A DNA stretch of 64,000 nucleotides, taken from Octopus vulgaris. Lineage: Eukaryota. Positions 14,177-26,842 of this stretch are shown in pieces; position 1 is the stretch's first letter; each line of letters begins with the position of its first letter. The notes beneath the pieces are model-generated. The model was not told the DNA's origin. It saw only the letters and a program-made list of their open reading frames with translations, and made no database searches. The stretch covers positions 22,506,001 to 22,570,000 of the forward strand of contig OX597824.1 in assembly GCA_951406725.2 (NCBI GenBank). Direction: 5' to 3'. The position numbers and the translations under genes were made by a program.

Positions 14177-14225
<49 letters not shown>

Positions 14226-14264
14226 ATGTATATATGTATATGTGTGTGTGTATATATATATATA

Positions 14265-14657
14265 TCTTTATATATAAAGCTGAAGTTGTCTGTGTGGCAG
14301 GTTTGGTAGCCTTCAACTAACACTATCTCCTCTGAGACCCTGTGGCGCGCAAGTTTACCAAAATTGAGAGTATGATAGAAGAAGGCTTGCTCTTCATTCT
14401 GTAGAAGAAAAACATTCAAATCGGACCACCTTAAGACCAAAAATTATTTACATCAAAAAGGTGCTTTTTTTTTCTATGAAAATCCCTATTTTTTACGATT
14501 TTTTTACCGCTGCGTCGCCATTTTTCGGTGTATTTCAACTAGAAAAATGTTCGCTTAAAGAGAATAACAAGCTAGATAATGCAAAATTTTTACTTTTCAA
14601 AAATTCCAATTCTAAAGGGTCGAAACAAACACGAGCAACGCCAGGCGATACTGCTAG
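14265..14657 (+). mobile_element. Non-autonomous Helitron-like element, second subfamily
   Basis: TC...GCAACGCCAGGCGATACTGCTAG ends between A and T. Interior differs from the 9443 copy. Confidence 0.78.
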
Positions 14658-14702
14658 TATATGATTATAATTGTTATAGTAATAGAATTATTATTTTTAC
14701 AG

Positions 14703-14750
14703 ACTAAAGTTGTCTTCAACGATATCTGCAATGGGAACTATGTCATATAT
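14703..14750 (+). CDS. IL-17 receptor-like gene, 48-nt exon (TKVVFNDICNGNYVIY)
   Basis: ttatttttacAG acceptor, GTAAGT donor, phase 0/0. F.....G.Y.I.V FnIII-type strand motif continues into the next exon (VKP). Confidence 0.8.
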
Positions 14751-15049
14751 GTAAGTATATCTGCATTCTCTTTTGTATATTTACGTTTCCACACTGAAGG
14801 TATTAGCCATAATGAGTGCAGGTGAGGGGGTGGAATGTTTAAGGGAGAACTGTTATCTCTGTTTTGCAACGTTGGGTTTCTCACTCAGAGAAAGGGCAGA
14901 TAGTGTGGCACAGGAGAGTGAGACGTGAGTGCTGAATGTGGAGTGAAGGGCATGATGTATGATGCTTGTATGTGAAATGTGGTGTTTCATGAAAATGAGA
15001 CATGGGCTTTTGCCCTTTGTCAGTCCAAAACATTTTCATAATCTTGTCC

Positions 15050-15857
15050 TAAATGTCTCACAGAAATCCAACCCCAAACCCTGCACTAGATAACTTTGAA
15101 AAAAATTTACTACGCATGATAAAAAGCATTATTTTCTCTAATAGATCTAATTATTTTCAGAAGGACATATCCAGAATTATATCTAAGATAACGAGTTCAC
15201 CACACCTGCTAGTCTTTTTAGACAAGACTGGAAATTTATACTACCCTCCCTTGGAAATATTTACCAACCTTATATCAAAGGAACTTAATACAAATTATCA
15301 ACATGCACATGGGACATTAACAACATCTACTGTTAGCTCATTGCTGATCTGAATTTACTAAATACAACTGAACCATATATACCCCACCTACTTCACTCTG
15401 AAAGACTACAAACCCAACTTCTCCACTGAGCCTTCTATTAGACTGATCTGCTCCACTAAATCAGACTTAGGTCAAATTAGTCAATACATTATCCATCAAA
15501 TTCTACACCTTGTTAGATAGAACTAATGTTAAGTTTCCACTTTGGAATTTACTGGTAATGTCATCACTTGGTTCCACTCTCTTCCTTATAAACTGCATGC
15601 CCATTTCCTTCGGTTTGACATCTCAAATTAATATTCTTCAATATGATCATTTCTCTTAAATAAAGCTTTAATCTTCACTCGAAAGTATGCACCTATTTCT
15701 CGACCTGACATTGTTATCATCCTGGCTGCAAGGAAAACTCTAATTAACTTTAAAGATAATTATTGGACCTGCAACCCATCTATGAATTTCTTCGATATAC
15801 ACATGGGCTCATCTGACTCAGCCCAGGTTACTGACCTAGTTGGCCTATTCCTTCTTT
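15050..15857 (+). pseudogene. Penelope-like element reverse transcriptase remnant
   Basis: LVFLDKTGNLY, YFTLKDYKPNFSTEPSIRLICSTKSDLGQIS and MGSSDSAQVTDLVGLFLL motifs, with stops and frameshifts. Confidence 0.75.
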
Positions 15858-16019
15858 CCAACCCATGCTAGCATGGAAAACGGATGTTAAACGATGATGA
15901 TGATGATGATGACGTCCAGGCAACCCCAACAGATGTTTAAGAAAATTCTTAATCGAATTTACCAATAGCTAATTTGAAAAATTTGATGAAAAATTTGAGA
16001 AAATATTAAATTTTCTTAA

Positions 16020-17000
16020 TAAAGCACGTGAAAGGCACCATTCGGGCATGATCATTACCAGCATTGCCTTACTGGCACCTGTGCCAGTGGCATGTGTAAA
16101 AAGATTTGAGCGAGGTCATTGCCAGTACTGCCTGACTGGCCCCCGTGCCGGGTGGCACGTAAAAGCACCCACTACACTCTTGGTGTGGTTGGCGTTAAGA
16201 AGGGCATCCAGCTGTAGAAACTCTGCCAGATCAAGATTGGAGCCTGGTGCAGCCATCTGGTTCGCCAGCCCTCAGTCAAATCGTCCAACCCATGCCAGCA
16301 TGGAAAGCGGACATGAAACGATGATGATGATGATGATGTCATTCTAAAAATAAACAAACAAATTATTGAAATCTGAAAGCTACAAGATAATGCATGATTA
16401 ATTAAAACCCAACATCATCATCATCATCACCGTTTAACGTCCGTTCTCCATGCTAGCATGGGTTGGACAGTTTGACCGGGGATCTGGGAAGCCAGAAGGC
16501 TGCACCAGGCTCCAGTCTGATCTGGATGCCCTTCCTAACGCCAACCACTCCGTGAGTGTAGTGGGTGCTTTTTACGTGCCACCAGCACAGGTGCCAGGGG
16601 AGGCTGGCAACGGCCACGTTCGGATGGTGCTTTTTACGTGCCACCGGCGCAGGGATCACAACTGCAGTTTCCATTGAATTTTGATGTTGGTATACTTGAC
16701 TCAATGGATCTCCTCAGGCACAGGGTCGAAACTGTGCTTCTTTACTTGCCAGCTGCACAGGAGTCAGTCCAGCGGCCCTGGGAACTGCCGGGTGCCAGTC
16801 ATAGGATTGGTTCAATTTCGATTCCGATTTCACTTGCCCCAACAGGTCTTCACAAGCAGAGTTTAGTGTCCAATGAAGGGCGGTTGGCATGGGTGCCTGT
16901 CGTCGGATGAGGTTCAATTTTGACTTCGCTTGCCTCAACAGATCTTCGTGTGTCCAAGGAAGGAAAGGCATGCATAAGTGGGCTGGCTACATCCCTGGCA
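16020..17000. mobile_element. Two family D (RTE-tail) elements tail-to-tail (16020-16338 +, 16412-17000 -)
   Basis: GGAAGGGCATCCAGC...CCATGCYAGCATGGAAAG...(GAT)n tails facing each other. Confidence 0.8.
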
Positions 17001-17117
17001 AGGGACATGTGAATGAATAAGCATTACATTTGACGGGATAACCTGAATGCTAAAGGATTAAATTCCCTTTCATGGCTCTCGGGTCCCTTTAAATTCTACT
17101 TTCTCTGACTATTTCAG

Positions 17118-17232
17118 GTGAAACCTTTCGATCCTCATGAGTCAGAAAGTAAAAAGTGTCTGTGTTACAAGACAGAAGGACGCTGTAAGACATGTAAAGC
17201 CACCATAAAACAAATACCCATCAGTGAACTAG
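17118..17232 (+). CDS. IL-17 receptor-like gene, Cys-rich exon (VKPFDPHESESKKCLCYKTEGRCKTCKATIKQIPISEL)
   Basis: ctatttcAG acceptor, G|GTAAGT donor, phase 0/1, four Cys. Confidence 0.82.
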
Positions 17233-17399
17233 GTAAGTCATCCTTGTTGTTGTTGTTGTTTAGCCCTAGGTCAGTCCTGATTAATCAGTGGAGGCATGTG
17301 ACTTGATGGTTAGGATGTTGGATGCATGATTTTAAAATTGTAGTTTTGATTGCTGGACCAGGTGATGTGTTGTGTTCTTGAGTAAAACATTTCATTCTA

Positions 17400-17645
17400 T
17401 ACATTATTTACATTTGATGGATATTTGTCCTCATCTTGTTTGTTGTTAACACAATGTTTCGGCTGATATAAGCTTCAGCCTTCTTCAGGTGTCTTGGGGA
17501 AATTTTGAACCTGGGTTCTCATTCCTAAAGTATTTTTCAATGTTATTATTATTATTATTATCATTGTTCAGGTCACTGCTTGGAATCGAACTCGGAATCT
17601 TGGGGTTAGTAGCCCATGCTCTTAACCACTACACCATAAGCCCGT
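17400..17645 (-). mobile_element. tRNA-headed repeat carrying a hammerhead-core-like motif
   Basis: tRNA-like head on - at about 17570-17640 (GGTGTAGTGGTTAAG...GAGTTCGATTCC). CTGAAGA-a-GGCTGA..TCAGCC-GAAAC at about 17455-17488. Confidence 0.6.
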
Positions 17646-18430
17646 GGGCAATTATGGAGTGAATTTTAGGGCTTATAAATCTAATATTTTTCTATCCTTC
17701 CATAATACCGGTCGTCGAATGTAAATAATGTAATAATGTAAATAATGTAAATATCCATCGAACGTAAATAATGTACATAATTCCTTGTCTCTTAAGTATA
17801 GAACTGTATTTCATTCTATGTTGCTTCACTCCATCCAGCTGGCCGCTGCGGTGAACCTACAAGACCCAGAAAAAAGTCACTTGGAACAAATCTTATCAGA
17901 GATTCCACTCTAATGATTGTTAGTTTGCTGTCTTCAAGGTAAATTCCAATGAAAATTGAAATAGCAATACTTTTGTTGATCACACACACCCTGTTACCTA
18001 CCCCAACTGAATCTACAACTGATGTCATGGTGATACAAGCTGTTTTGTTATAAAATATTTGTATTTAAATTAGAACCTTTCATTATAATTTTACCCTTAG
18101 GAATCAAAGGGGCTGGTTCCCACCACAAAGTTGCAGTGTTGTAGTTTGTGTGTCTCAATAGCCCCTAGAGCTGTGCCAGGGAGGGCTTCTCATGTCGAGA
18201 GAATAAAGGTCAGACTAATATGGACCATCTCTTCCTAGGGGTAGAAATGGGTTTATGTAGGGCCTAGACGTTGGACACTACTTTTCTGTTCTGATAAAGC
18301 ATTTCCTTTAAAAATTAAACGGAAGCATTTATTTCCATACACCATATACTGGCACAGACCCAATATGTCAAAAATTATGGCAACAAATTCATAAGTGCCC
18401 CCAAAATGTCATTCCTAGGATAATGGTTAA

Positions 18431-18651
18431 CCCTTTAGCATTCAGATTATTCTGTCAATTGTAATGCTTATTAACTTATATTGTTTTGAATTAAACATGC
18501 ATTTTCATGTAGCTTCAAGATTTTGATGATGCAATTGTTTATTTGTAATAATGACATTACAGGGTCTGTATGAGAGGCTGGATCTCGCCAATTTGAACAT
18601 AAAACAAGTAGAACATTTCAGCCGGATATGGCCGGTTTAAATGCTAAGGGG
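18431..18651. mobile_element. piggyBac-type MITE (TTAA TSD, CCC...GGG ends)
   Basis: TTAA-CCCTTTAGCATT ... AATGCTAAGGGG-TTAA. Relatives at about 24087-24313 and 47156-47380. Confidence 0.8.
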
Positions 18652-19256
18652 TTAAAATAGCAGACCCTGGTTTCAGCCATAGCTTAGCTTAAGAATATTA
18701 TTTGAAGTTGGTTGAGAGGCAAACCAATGGAAGTGTTGTATTGGCAAAACATTGAATAAAATGGAGAGATTAGTCTGAGAAAAGAAATAAACCAATGACA
18801 TCATCATCATTTGAGATTAGTTTAAGATGCTAGCATGGGTTAGATGTTTCAACATGCTGTGGCATGATTTTTATGGCTGAATAGCCTTCCTAATGCCAAT
18901 CAATTTACAGAGTGTACTGGATATTTATTGCGTAGTAGGGGCATGAGTGGTGTCACCATGTAACTCGCAAAACAAGATTCCCTTCAAATGGGGCGGAGTG
19001 TAGTATTGAGGGAAGTGCCCTTATGCCTGTAGAGGTTAACATATGACCAAGGAACAGGTGTCTTGCTGTAGAAGGGATACAGGGTTTGTCACAGTTGGAC
19101 AAGAGAAGATGGGGGTAAAGATGTGTCTGGGCATGCCCTCAAATTACAGGAAGGGGAACATAAGAGAAGTGGTAAAGAGGACTGGGCAGGGTGAGTGGGT
19201 TGGTAAGTTCATAAGAGTGTAGAAGGTGAGTGGCAGATGAATAGTGATGCGGGTAG

Positions 19257-19490
19257 AAGGCGGCGAGCTGGCAGAAACATAAGCGCGCCAGGCGAAATGC
19301 GTAGCCATATTTCGTCTGCCGATACGTTCTGAGTTCAAATTCCGCCGAGGTCGACGTTGGCTTTCATCCTCTCGGGGTCGATAAATTAAGTACCAGTTAC
19401 ACACTGGGGTCGATATAATTGACTTAATCCATTTGTCTGTCCTTGTTTGTCCCCCCTGTGTTTAGCCCCTTGTGGGTAGTAAAGAAATAG
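19257..19490 (+). mobile_element. SINE family B, full length
   Basis: GGCGGCGAGCTGGCAGAA head, GAGTTCAAATTCC B box, core and tail. Confidence 0.88.
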
Positions 19491-19976
19491 ATGTGGGTAG
19501 AAGGTATAATGAGATTTGAAACTGCGTCTCCACATTATGGAGTTTAAGCCATGACATTACCTAACCCTGTTCATATGGAAAGGCTTTGTTATTAGCCAAT
19601 CAGCAGCCAGTTTTCATATGATGACTCATTCTAGGTCCTTCAAGAATGTTCGTGATACAATGGTTGTAAATAGAGGTCGTTTGAGCACCAACTTGTAGTG
19701 CTTGCCAAACTGGTCTGCTTCACACACTCCTTTGTTTTCAACATAATCAGTTTAAATGGTTCCATGCTCAACCTGGATATCTGTTCTATCTGGTAGATAT
19801 GAACTGATGTGTACAGCTTCTAATGTTTAATCAAGCTCCAGTACCAAGCCTTAGTATCCAGCTTAGCATCTACATTACAATCTATTTCTTACAGCTGCAT
19901 CGGCTGGATGTGACGATTGTTGTAAATCTCGACCGACTGGAAATATGGCTTATGTGACATAAATAAAAATCGTAAA

Positions 19977-20378
19977 TAGGCGCAGGGGTGGCTGTGTGGT
20001 AAGTAGCTTGTTTACCAACCACATGGTTTTGAGTTCAGTCCCACTGCGTGGTACCTTGGGCAAGTGTCTTCTACTATAGCCTCGGGCCAACCAAAGCCTT
20101 GTGAGTGGATTTGGTAGACGGAAACTGAAAGAAGCCCGTCGTATATATGTATATATATATATGTGTGCGTGTGTTTGTGTGTCTGTGTTTGTCCCCCTAG
20201 CATTGCTTGACAACCGATGCAGGTGTGTTTATGTCCCCGTTACTTAGCGGCTCGGCAAAAGAGATTGGCAGAATAAGTACTGGGCTTACAAAAGAATAAG
20301 TCCCGGGGTCGAGTTGCTCGATTAAAGGCGGTGCTCCAGCATGGCCGCAGTCAAATGACTGAAACAAGTAAAAGAGTA
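19977..20378 (+). mobile_element. SINE family A, full length
   Basis: Head, core, microsatellite and AAGAGT tail. Confidence 0.9.
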
Positions 20379-20427
20379 ATTAATTATTTGTATGGCGTTG
20401 TCTCACACACATCATCATCAACAGCAA

Positions 20428-20830
20428 CATGTGGAGGCACAATGGCCCAGTGTTTAGGGCAGCAGACTCGCGGTCGGAGGATCGCGGTTTCGTTTCCCAG
20501 ACTGGGCGTTGTGTGTGTTTATTGAGCGAAAACACCTAAAGCTCCATGAGGCTCTGGCAGGGGGTGGTGGCGACCCCTGTTCTACTCTTTTGCTTCAACT
20601 TTCTCTCACTCTTTCTTCCCGTTTCTTGTCCCCAACTTCCTACGCAACCGCTGAGCCTGGATGTGCATTCATCCGTCGATGCTCTCGGTGTCGGAGGTTG
20701 ACTTGCTTTCTCTTCTGCGGGTCTTACGAATAGCAAAGGATCACATTTCGGACTTCTACAGACAATCCTGAGGTGCGATCTTGCGAGCTCTGGGACGAAG
20801 ACCGCTTCGCTCAACAAACAAACAAACAAT
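20428..20830 (+). mobile_element. SINE, head shared with 31043 and 47450, unique tail ending (CAAA)n
   Basis: ATGGCCCAGTG...GACTCGCGGTCG..GGATCGCGGTTTCG head. Confidence 0.75.
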
Positions 20831-20993
20831 CAGCAGCAACATGTATACAACAGAACCAAGCAAGCACCACAGCAACAAAGAGAATACACTAAGTAGTGAT
20901 CATAGGTAAAGTGGTCAGTCGTGATAACCAGGTAGATAATTTATACCAGAAAACAATTAAAAAAATACAGATTTTACTCTTTTTCTCTTCCAG

Positions 20994-21521
20994 ATGATTC
21001 TAAATGTAATGAGACAACTAAATTAATAACTGCAAAGATAATTTCAACACCTGTAAGTTCACCAACTGTAATTTCAACACCTGTAAGTTCAACACCTGTA
21101 ATTTCAACACCTGTAATTTCAACACCTGTAATTTCAACATCTGTAATTTCAACACCTTTAAGTTCAACACCTGTAATTTCAACACCTGTAATTTCAACAC
21201 CTGTAAGTTCAACACCTGTAATTTCAACATCTGTAATTTCAACACCTGTAATTTCAACATCTGTAATTTCAACACCTTTAAGTTCAACACCTGTAATTTC
21301 AACACCTGTAAGTTCAACACCTGTAAGTTCAACACCTGTAAATGAGTCATCATCTACAAAGAATTCAATGTTTGAAAAGAACTCTACAACTACAGCAAGA
21401 ACCACGACAACATCTACGAATAAAGGCATACAACAAAGTGAAATTACGTGGCCTGTTATTGGCAGTTTAGCTGCTTTACTTATGGCTTTCACTTTCATCT
21501 GTTTCATACTTTTAGCAAAAA
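20994..21521 (+). CDS. IL-17 receptor-like gene, mucin-like stalk plus transmembrane exon
   Basis: ctttttctcttccAG acceptor, A|GTAAGT donor at 21522, phase 1/1. Encodes DDSKCNETT, 20 ISTPV-type repeats, a Thr-rich linker and hydrophobic WPVIGSLAALLMAFTFICFILLAK. Confidence 0.88.
21041..21340 (+). repeat. Coding minisatellite, 20 x 15 bp (ATTTCAACACCTGTA and variants)
   Basis: Counted directly. Units encode ISTPV, SSTPV, ISTSV, ISTPL and one SSPTV. Confidence 0.97.
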
Positions 21522-21649
21522 GTAAGTTGATATTTTTACACTTGTTAATTTCATTGGATTGCTTCACAAGAACTGTGTGGGTTGTATAGATCTTCAAATT
21601 TAAATGATTTAGCCTTAGTTTATTGTAACACTGCATTTTATTTAACAAG

Positions 21650-21970
21650 TCAGAATCAGAATCAAAATCAAAATCGATCAACATCAATGGAAATTGTAGC
21701 TGTGATACCAGTGCCAGTGGCACATAAGAGAACCATCCGAACATGGCCGTTGCCAGCACCGCCCCGACGGGCCTCCGTGCCGGTGGCACGTAAGAGGCAC
21801 TATCCGATCGTGGCCGTTGCCAGCCTCGCCTGGCCCCCGTGCCGGTGGCACGTAAAATGCACTATCCGACCGTGGTGCCACCTTCTGGCTTCCCAGACCC
21901 CAGTTGAACCGTCCAACCCATGCTAGCATGGAAAGCGGACGCTAAATGATAATGATGATGATGATGATGA
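21650..21970 (+). mobile_element. Family D (RTE-tail) element
   Basis: GTGCCGGTGGCAC repeats and (GAT)n tail. Confidence 0.8.
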
Positions 21971-23118
21971 AGTCAATTGCACATATAGGAGCTAACTCGG
22001 ACAAAGTATATGTAATCTAACAAAGAACTCAGAGCCAGAGCCAGTTTCAGCCAGATTGGTAATGAAGGGGTTAAATAGATTTATATAATAACCTGCTTGT
22101 TTGTTAAAGAGGTGGAGGGGGAGTTAGTGAAAGGTGGAATAAAAGTGAGAGAGACAGAGAGGGGGAGAAATGTGAGCTGAGAAGAAAGAAGAGAGGAGTA
22201 TAATAATACAGGAAGGTCAAATGCATCATGTGATTAGTTGAAGGAAGGGGTGAAGAGTGAGAGAAAAGTGGGAGAGAGAAGTGTTAATAACATGCTGTAG
22301 GGTGGAGAGGGGAAAGTGAAGAGAAAGAGAGAAATGTTAAAGACATGAAGAAGAGAATTACATTCTTAAAAAAGTTTGCTGGAGAGTTAGAGAGAAAAAG
22401 AAACATTAGGTGCTTAGCAGAGGGAAACTTTAATATCATATAATATATTATTGTAACTGGAAGTGAAATAACTTAGCAAAATAAAAACCAAAAATCATCC
22501 TTTCTTTCTTAAATAGCTTCTCTTAATTTTTTTTTTTTTTTTTTTTTTTTGTGGTATTTCCACAAGTCCCACTAGTAAATAGATGAATGAATAACTACAT
22601 GAATAAATTATGGTCTTTTCCCATCGAAAACGATGTACGTGAGTTCAGCTTTTGCTGAAAAACCTGCACAAACAATTTGTTTATAGTGATCGAATGTTTG
22701 TGTTGTGCACATAAGCTCACTCTCACCATCAAATCGATGCCGCCTGAACAGGTGCACTGTGTACCATGCATCAGGTATCAAAGTGGTCGCAGAGTAACTT
22801 GAGTTGAAGTATTTTTGCTCAAGAACACAATGCACCACCCAGTCTAGAGACTGAAACCAAAATCTTGCGATCATGAGTGCAACACCTTAACCACTAGGCC
22901 ATGCATGCTCATTAGTACATAAATAATATTAATAACAATGTTGGCGTTAGGAAGGGCATCCAGCTGTAGAAACTCTGCCAGATCAGATCGGAGTCTGGTG
23001 CAGCCATCTGGTTCACCAGCCCTCAGTCAAAATCGTCCAACCCATGCTAGCATGGAAAGCGGATGTTAAACGATGATGATGATGATGACACACACACACA
23101 CACACACACATACATATA

Positions 23119-24879
23119 TAGGAGTTGGACAAAATATTGGAAACACCTTGTTGAATGCAAGTGTTATTATTTAAAATGGAATTGGTTTTCCTTTGGTGCC
23201 AATCACACCTTTAATATGTCAATGGATTGACTCATACAAGTCACAGGTATTTTGACCTGTCCTTCAAGTAAAACCTGCTTCAGTAGCAGTGGTGGAGGGA
23301 AGCATTTAGTCACTTGTGGCTCCAAAATGAACCATAAATGTTTGATTATATTGAGATCTGGTGAATGTAGGGGCCAATCCAAATGCTGAGCTTCACTTTT
23401 GTGATCTTTGTACCAATTTTGACTAACATTAGCCAAGTGAATCTGTGCGTTATATTCCTGGAAGATTATGCTACCATCAGGGCTCAGTATTTGTAATGTA
23501 GGATGGACATGGTCAGTCAAAATACTCAGATAATCTTTGGCATTAACACTGCCATACAGAACAGCTAAAGGGCCAAGAGAATTCTGTGATGTAGCTGCCC
23601 AAAATCTTCAAAAAGCCACCTTAGAGATTCATGTGATAGGGGGGTCAACCATTCAGAGTTGATGATTTCCTTGGGCTGTTTCTAATTTTAAACTCGTTCT
23701 GAAGTGGGAGAAAGGGGGAATGGTGATGCATCAAAGAAGATGCCATTGTTTTATTGAGCCTTGACCACTTCTGATTGTCTTGATACCATTTTTCCCATTT
23801 ATCAATGTGGAAGGAGCACAAGACAAGTTTAGCGGTTGCAGCCCTCCTATGGTATCCAGCATTATGGAACTCACAGTGAATGGTTTTAACTGACACAAGA
23901 TTGGCAAACTGATGGTTTTGCTCTGCTGTCATTTCTGCTTCTATAGTTTCATGGTTTCTAGACACAGTACACTCCACTATTCTATGATTCCTCTCTCAGA
24001 GCTTTACCCTCCATCAAAAATTATGCTTACCTGAGCTGGTTCCTTGATTTTGGAATGCTTACATCGTTTTTGAGACTGTAGCATTTAACCCTTTAGTATT
24101 TAAACCAGCCGTATCTGGCCCAAATATGGCCCCTGTTTCATGTTCAAACTGGCCAGATCCAGCTTCTGACACCTACCCTACAATGTCAATCTAAATATAG
24201 ACAGTAACATCGTCAAAATCTCAAATCTATGAGATGGTATATGATTAATGGAAAATAATATGAACGAACAAGCTTTACATTTTTCAGAGTAATCCAAATA
24301 CTTGAGAGTTAAACATGAAGTGTTTCGGCAGTTTTAATTAGTGAATCTCCAGCCACCTGCATTCCAACCATTTGTCTTCTTTGGAAATCAGACAGGTTGT
24401 GCATTTTAACTTATTTAGATTTAAATATCTGCCAAGAAATAAAACCAGAGGCTATACCAAATAGTATAAGACATACATAATACAATGCATAGGAACACAC
24501 ACACACACACATATATATATATATCATCATCATCATTTAGCGTCCGCTTTCCATGCTAGCATGGGTTGGACGGTTCAACTGGGGTCTGGGAAGCCAGAAG
24601 GCTGCACCAGGCCCAGTCTGATCTGGCAATGTTTCTATGGCTGAATGCCCTTCCTAACGCCAACCACTCCGTGAGTGTAGTGGGTGCTTTTTATGTGCCA
24701 CTGGCACAGCTGCCAGACGGGGCTGGCAAACGGCCACAGTCGGATGGTGCTTTTTACGTACCACCGGCACGGAGGCCATATATATATACAGACTAAAACA
24801 CTTTTGAATTTGTCATATTACCAAAAGGAAAAAATAGTTAAATATAAAGTGGTGTAGCCATTAATTTTTTCAACATCTG
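23119..24879 (-). mobile_element. Decayed Tc1-type transposon with nested MITE (about 24087-24313) and family D element (about 24525-24778)
   Basis: Imperfect TIRs (GTTGGACAAAATATTGGAAACACC / GGTGTAGCCATTAATTTTTTCAAC). Transposase relics FQEYNAQIH and WPLHSPDLNIIKHLW. Confidence 0.82.
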
Positions 24880-24968
24880 TATTGTGTGTATGAGGCAGGT
24901 GTCGCTAGTGACCGTCTGTTTGAAGGATTATTTACTTAAATTCAGTGGAATACATCCACTGGTTTTCA

Positions 24969-25372
24969 AAAATCGAAATATTAAAATTTCTAAGTCTCTC
25001 TAAAGGAGACTACGGTCAGCAGTACTAGATATTAATAGTTATCGCCAAGGTCATATGGCAGTCCAGAAATATAGGACAAATGCTGCTAGGTTCAGGTGCT
25101 CTTCATTGATAAAAAGCAAATACCCTGAAACTAGTCTGCAGATGCCTGAGCAGCAAGGGGAAGGGGCTAACTTCCCCTGTTCGAAGGTTATAATGGACAC
25201 AGGTTCATGTGTCATATAGCTAGCTATTAGCGAGGGCCTCTTAGAGCTAATCAATGGCAGCATTCATCCTATATTTCTGGACTGCCATATGAGTTTGGCG
25301 ATAACTATTAATATCCAGTACTGCTGCTGTAATCTCCTTTAGAGAGACTTAGAAATTTTAATATTTCTATTT
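24969..25372. repeat. Foldback element: about 118-bp inverted arms around an about 170-bp spacer
   Basis: 24969-25086 is the reverse complement of 25257-25372 with few mismatches. Confidence 0.9.
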
Positions 25373-25379
25373 ATACATA

Positions 25380-25501
<122 letters not shown>

Positions 25502-25504
25502 TGT

Positions 25505-25576
25505 TCCTTGGTAGTATAGTGGTAAGTATCCCCGCCTGTCACGCAGGAGACCGGGGCTCGATTCCCCGCCGGGGAG
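25505..25576 (+). tRNA. tRNA-Asp(GTC) copy, probably a decayed or retroposed pseudogene, intronic
   Basis: 72 nt nearly identical to canonical eukaryotic tRNA-Asp. Defects: T-loop GCTCGA, C-A mismatch in the anticodon stem, extra G-U in the acceptor stem. TTTTT at 25586-25590. Confidence 0.85.
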
Positions 25577-25857
25577 GCTGACATATTTTTAGTCCAACCC
25601 GTGCTAGCGCGGAAAACGGACGTTAAACGATGATGATGATATGTATGTATATATGTGTGTGTGTATGTGTGTGTGTATAGGTATACACATAGACGCAGAA
25701 GCATGTATGCTTGTATACAAAGATTTACATCTCTTATGAAAGATTTCAGGAAATTCAACGATTAAAAAATTTTAATTTTTTTTGTAGGATTTGTTTTATT
25801 GTGTTTGTTTATATATTCTTTCTCTTTTAATTCATTATTTATTTATTTTCCTTTCAG

Positions 25858-26744
25858 GAGAAAGCCCAACTGACAAGAAAATCTTGTTTCTATACTCTCA
25901 CGACCACCAGCATCATCTCGACGTCGGCAAAGCCATGGCAACATACCTGCAACACTTCAAGTGCCATGTTCTTTATCCACCGTTATTCGCTGAGGAAGAG
26001 ATAAAACAATGGTTACACAAGACAGTTGCCGATTGTGATTTTGTCTTACTGCTACATTCGGAATGCATTAAGCGCCAGAGTGAACCATGGGCTTCTGGTT
26101 TAGAATATCCACAGTTACGAGACAACCGAAATGAAAATGTCCTGATGTCAATTCTTACCATGATTAGAGAATGTCCTCTCTTGCAGTTATATCATTCGAA
26201 ATACATCTCATGCCGCTTGGAACACTTGTCCGAGGGTTATGTTCTCACTGAATTTCCTTCGGTTCAAAATTTCGTCCTGACCAGAGACCTGAAGAAGCTG
26301 GTTTACTATATCCATCGTATTCCCCCTAACAGTGTTCTCAAAACATTAACATTGAGATTTTCTGATAGTTCGACTTCCTCACTGGCACTTCAGCAAGCCG
26401 CTCAAAAAGCTGCTGAATTTGAAAAAAATAAAATGTGGTTTACTCAGAAGTACAGTTACTTGGTGCCACGTTGTGGCGTATTAAACGACAAATGCGATTG
26501 CCGTTCTGCATTAAACGAAGAATTCGACGGCACGGTTGACATCCCCAAATTATCACTAAACTCCTTTCACGATGTGAATTTCGATGATTCCATGTCCACC
26601 GAATACTGTTATTTCAACGATATACACTCGTTTTCGGAAATGTCACTGGTCAGTTCTGAACTAGAAATGCTAAATGAGCGCAATGACCAACAGGATAAAA
26701 ACAGATACAATGTCTTGCCTTCATTGTCTGAAGATACGGTGTGA
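25858..26744 (+). CDS. IL-17 receptor-like gene, terminal exon: SEFIR domain and acidic C-tail
   Basis: ttttcctttcAG acceptor, phase 1 matches the previous exon. KKILFLYSHDHQHHLDVGKAMATYLQ resembles SEFIR box 1 (IL17RA RKVWIIYSADH...VDVVLKFAQFL), followed by W...ADCDFVLLLHS. Intact about 295-codon frame to TGA. Confidence 0.9.
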
Positions 26745-26842
26745 GTAACTGGACAGATGTAATGTATGCCTCTAATCATGGTTCAAATCTAGTGTGTTTT
26801 TGAAAGAACCAAGGCAGTTGGGTTCATATCTGTGTATTATTA

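Noticed and set aside
20974-21789. 271-aa minus-strand ORF with VEITG pentapeptide repeats
   Set aside because: Antisense shadow of the ISTPV VNTR. Its start lies in a family D repeat, and the + frame has the splice sites and TM.
25791-25857. Hydrophobic N-terminus of the 317-aa ORF as a signal peptide or TM
   Set aside because: It is the intron polypyrimidine tract read from a TTG. The acceptor at 25857 is phase-compatible with the upstream TM exon.
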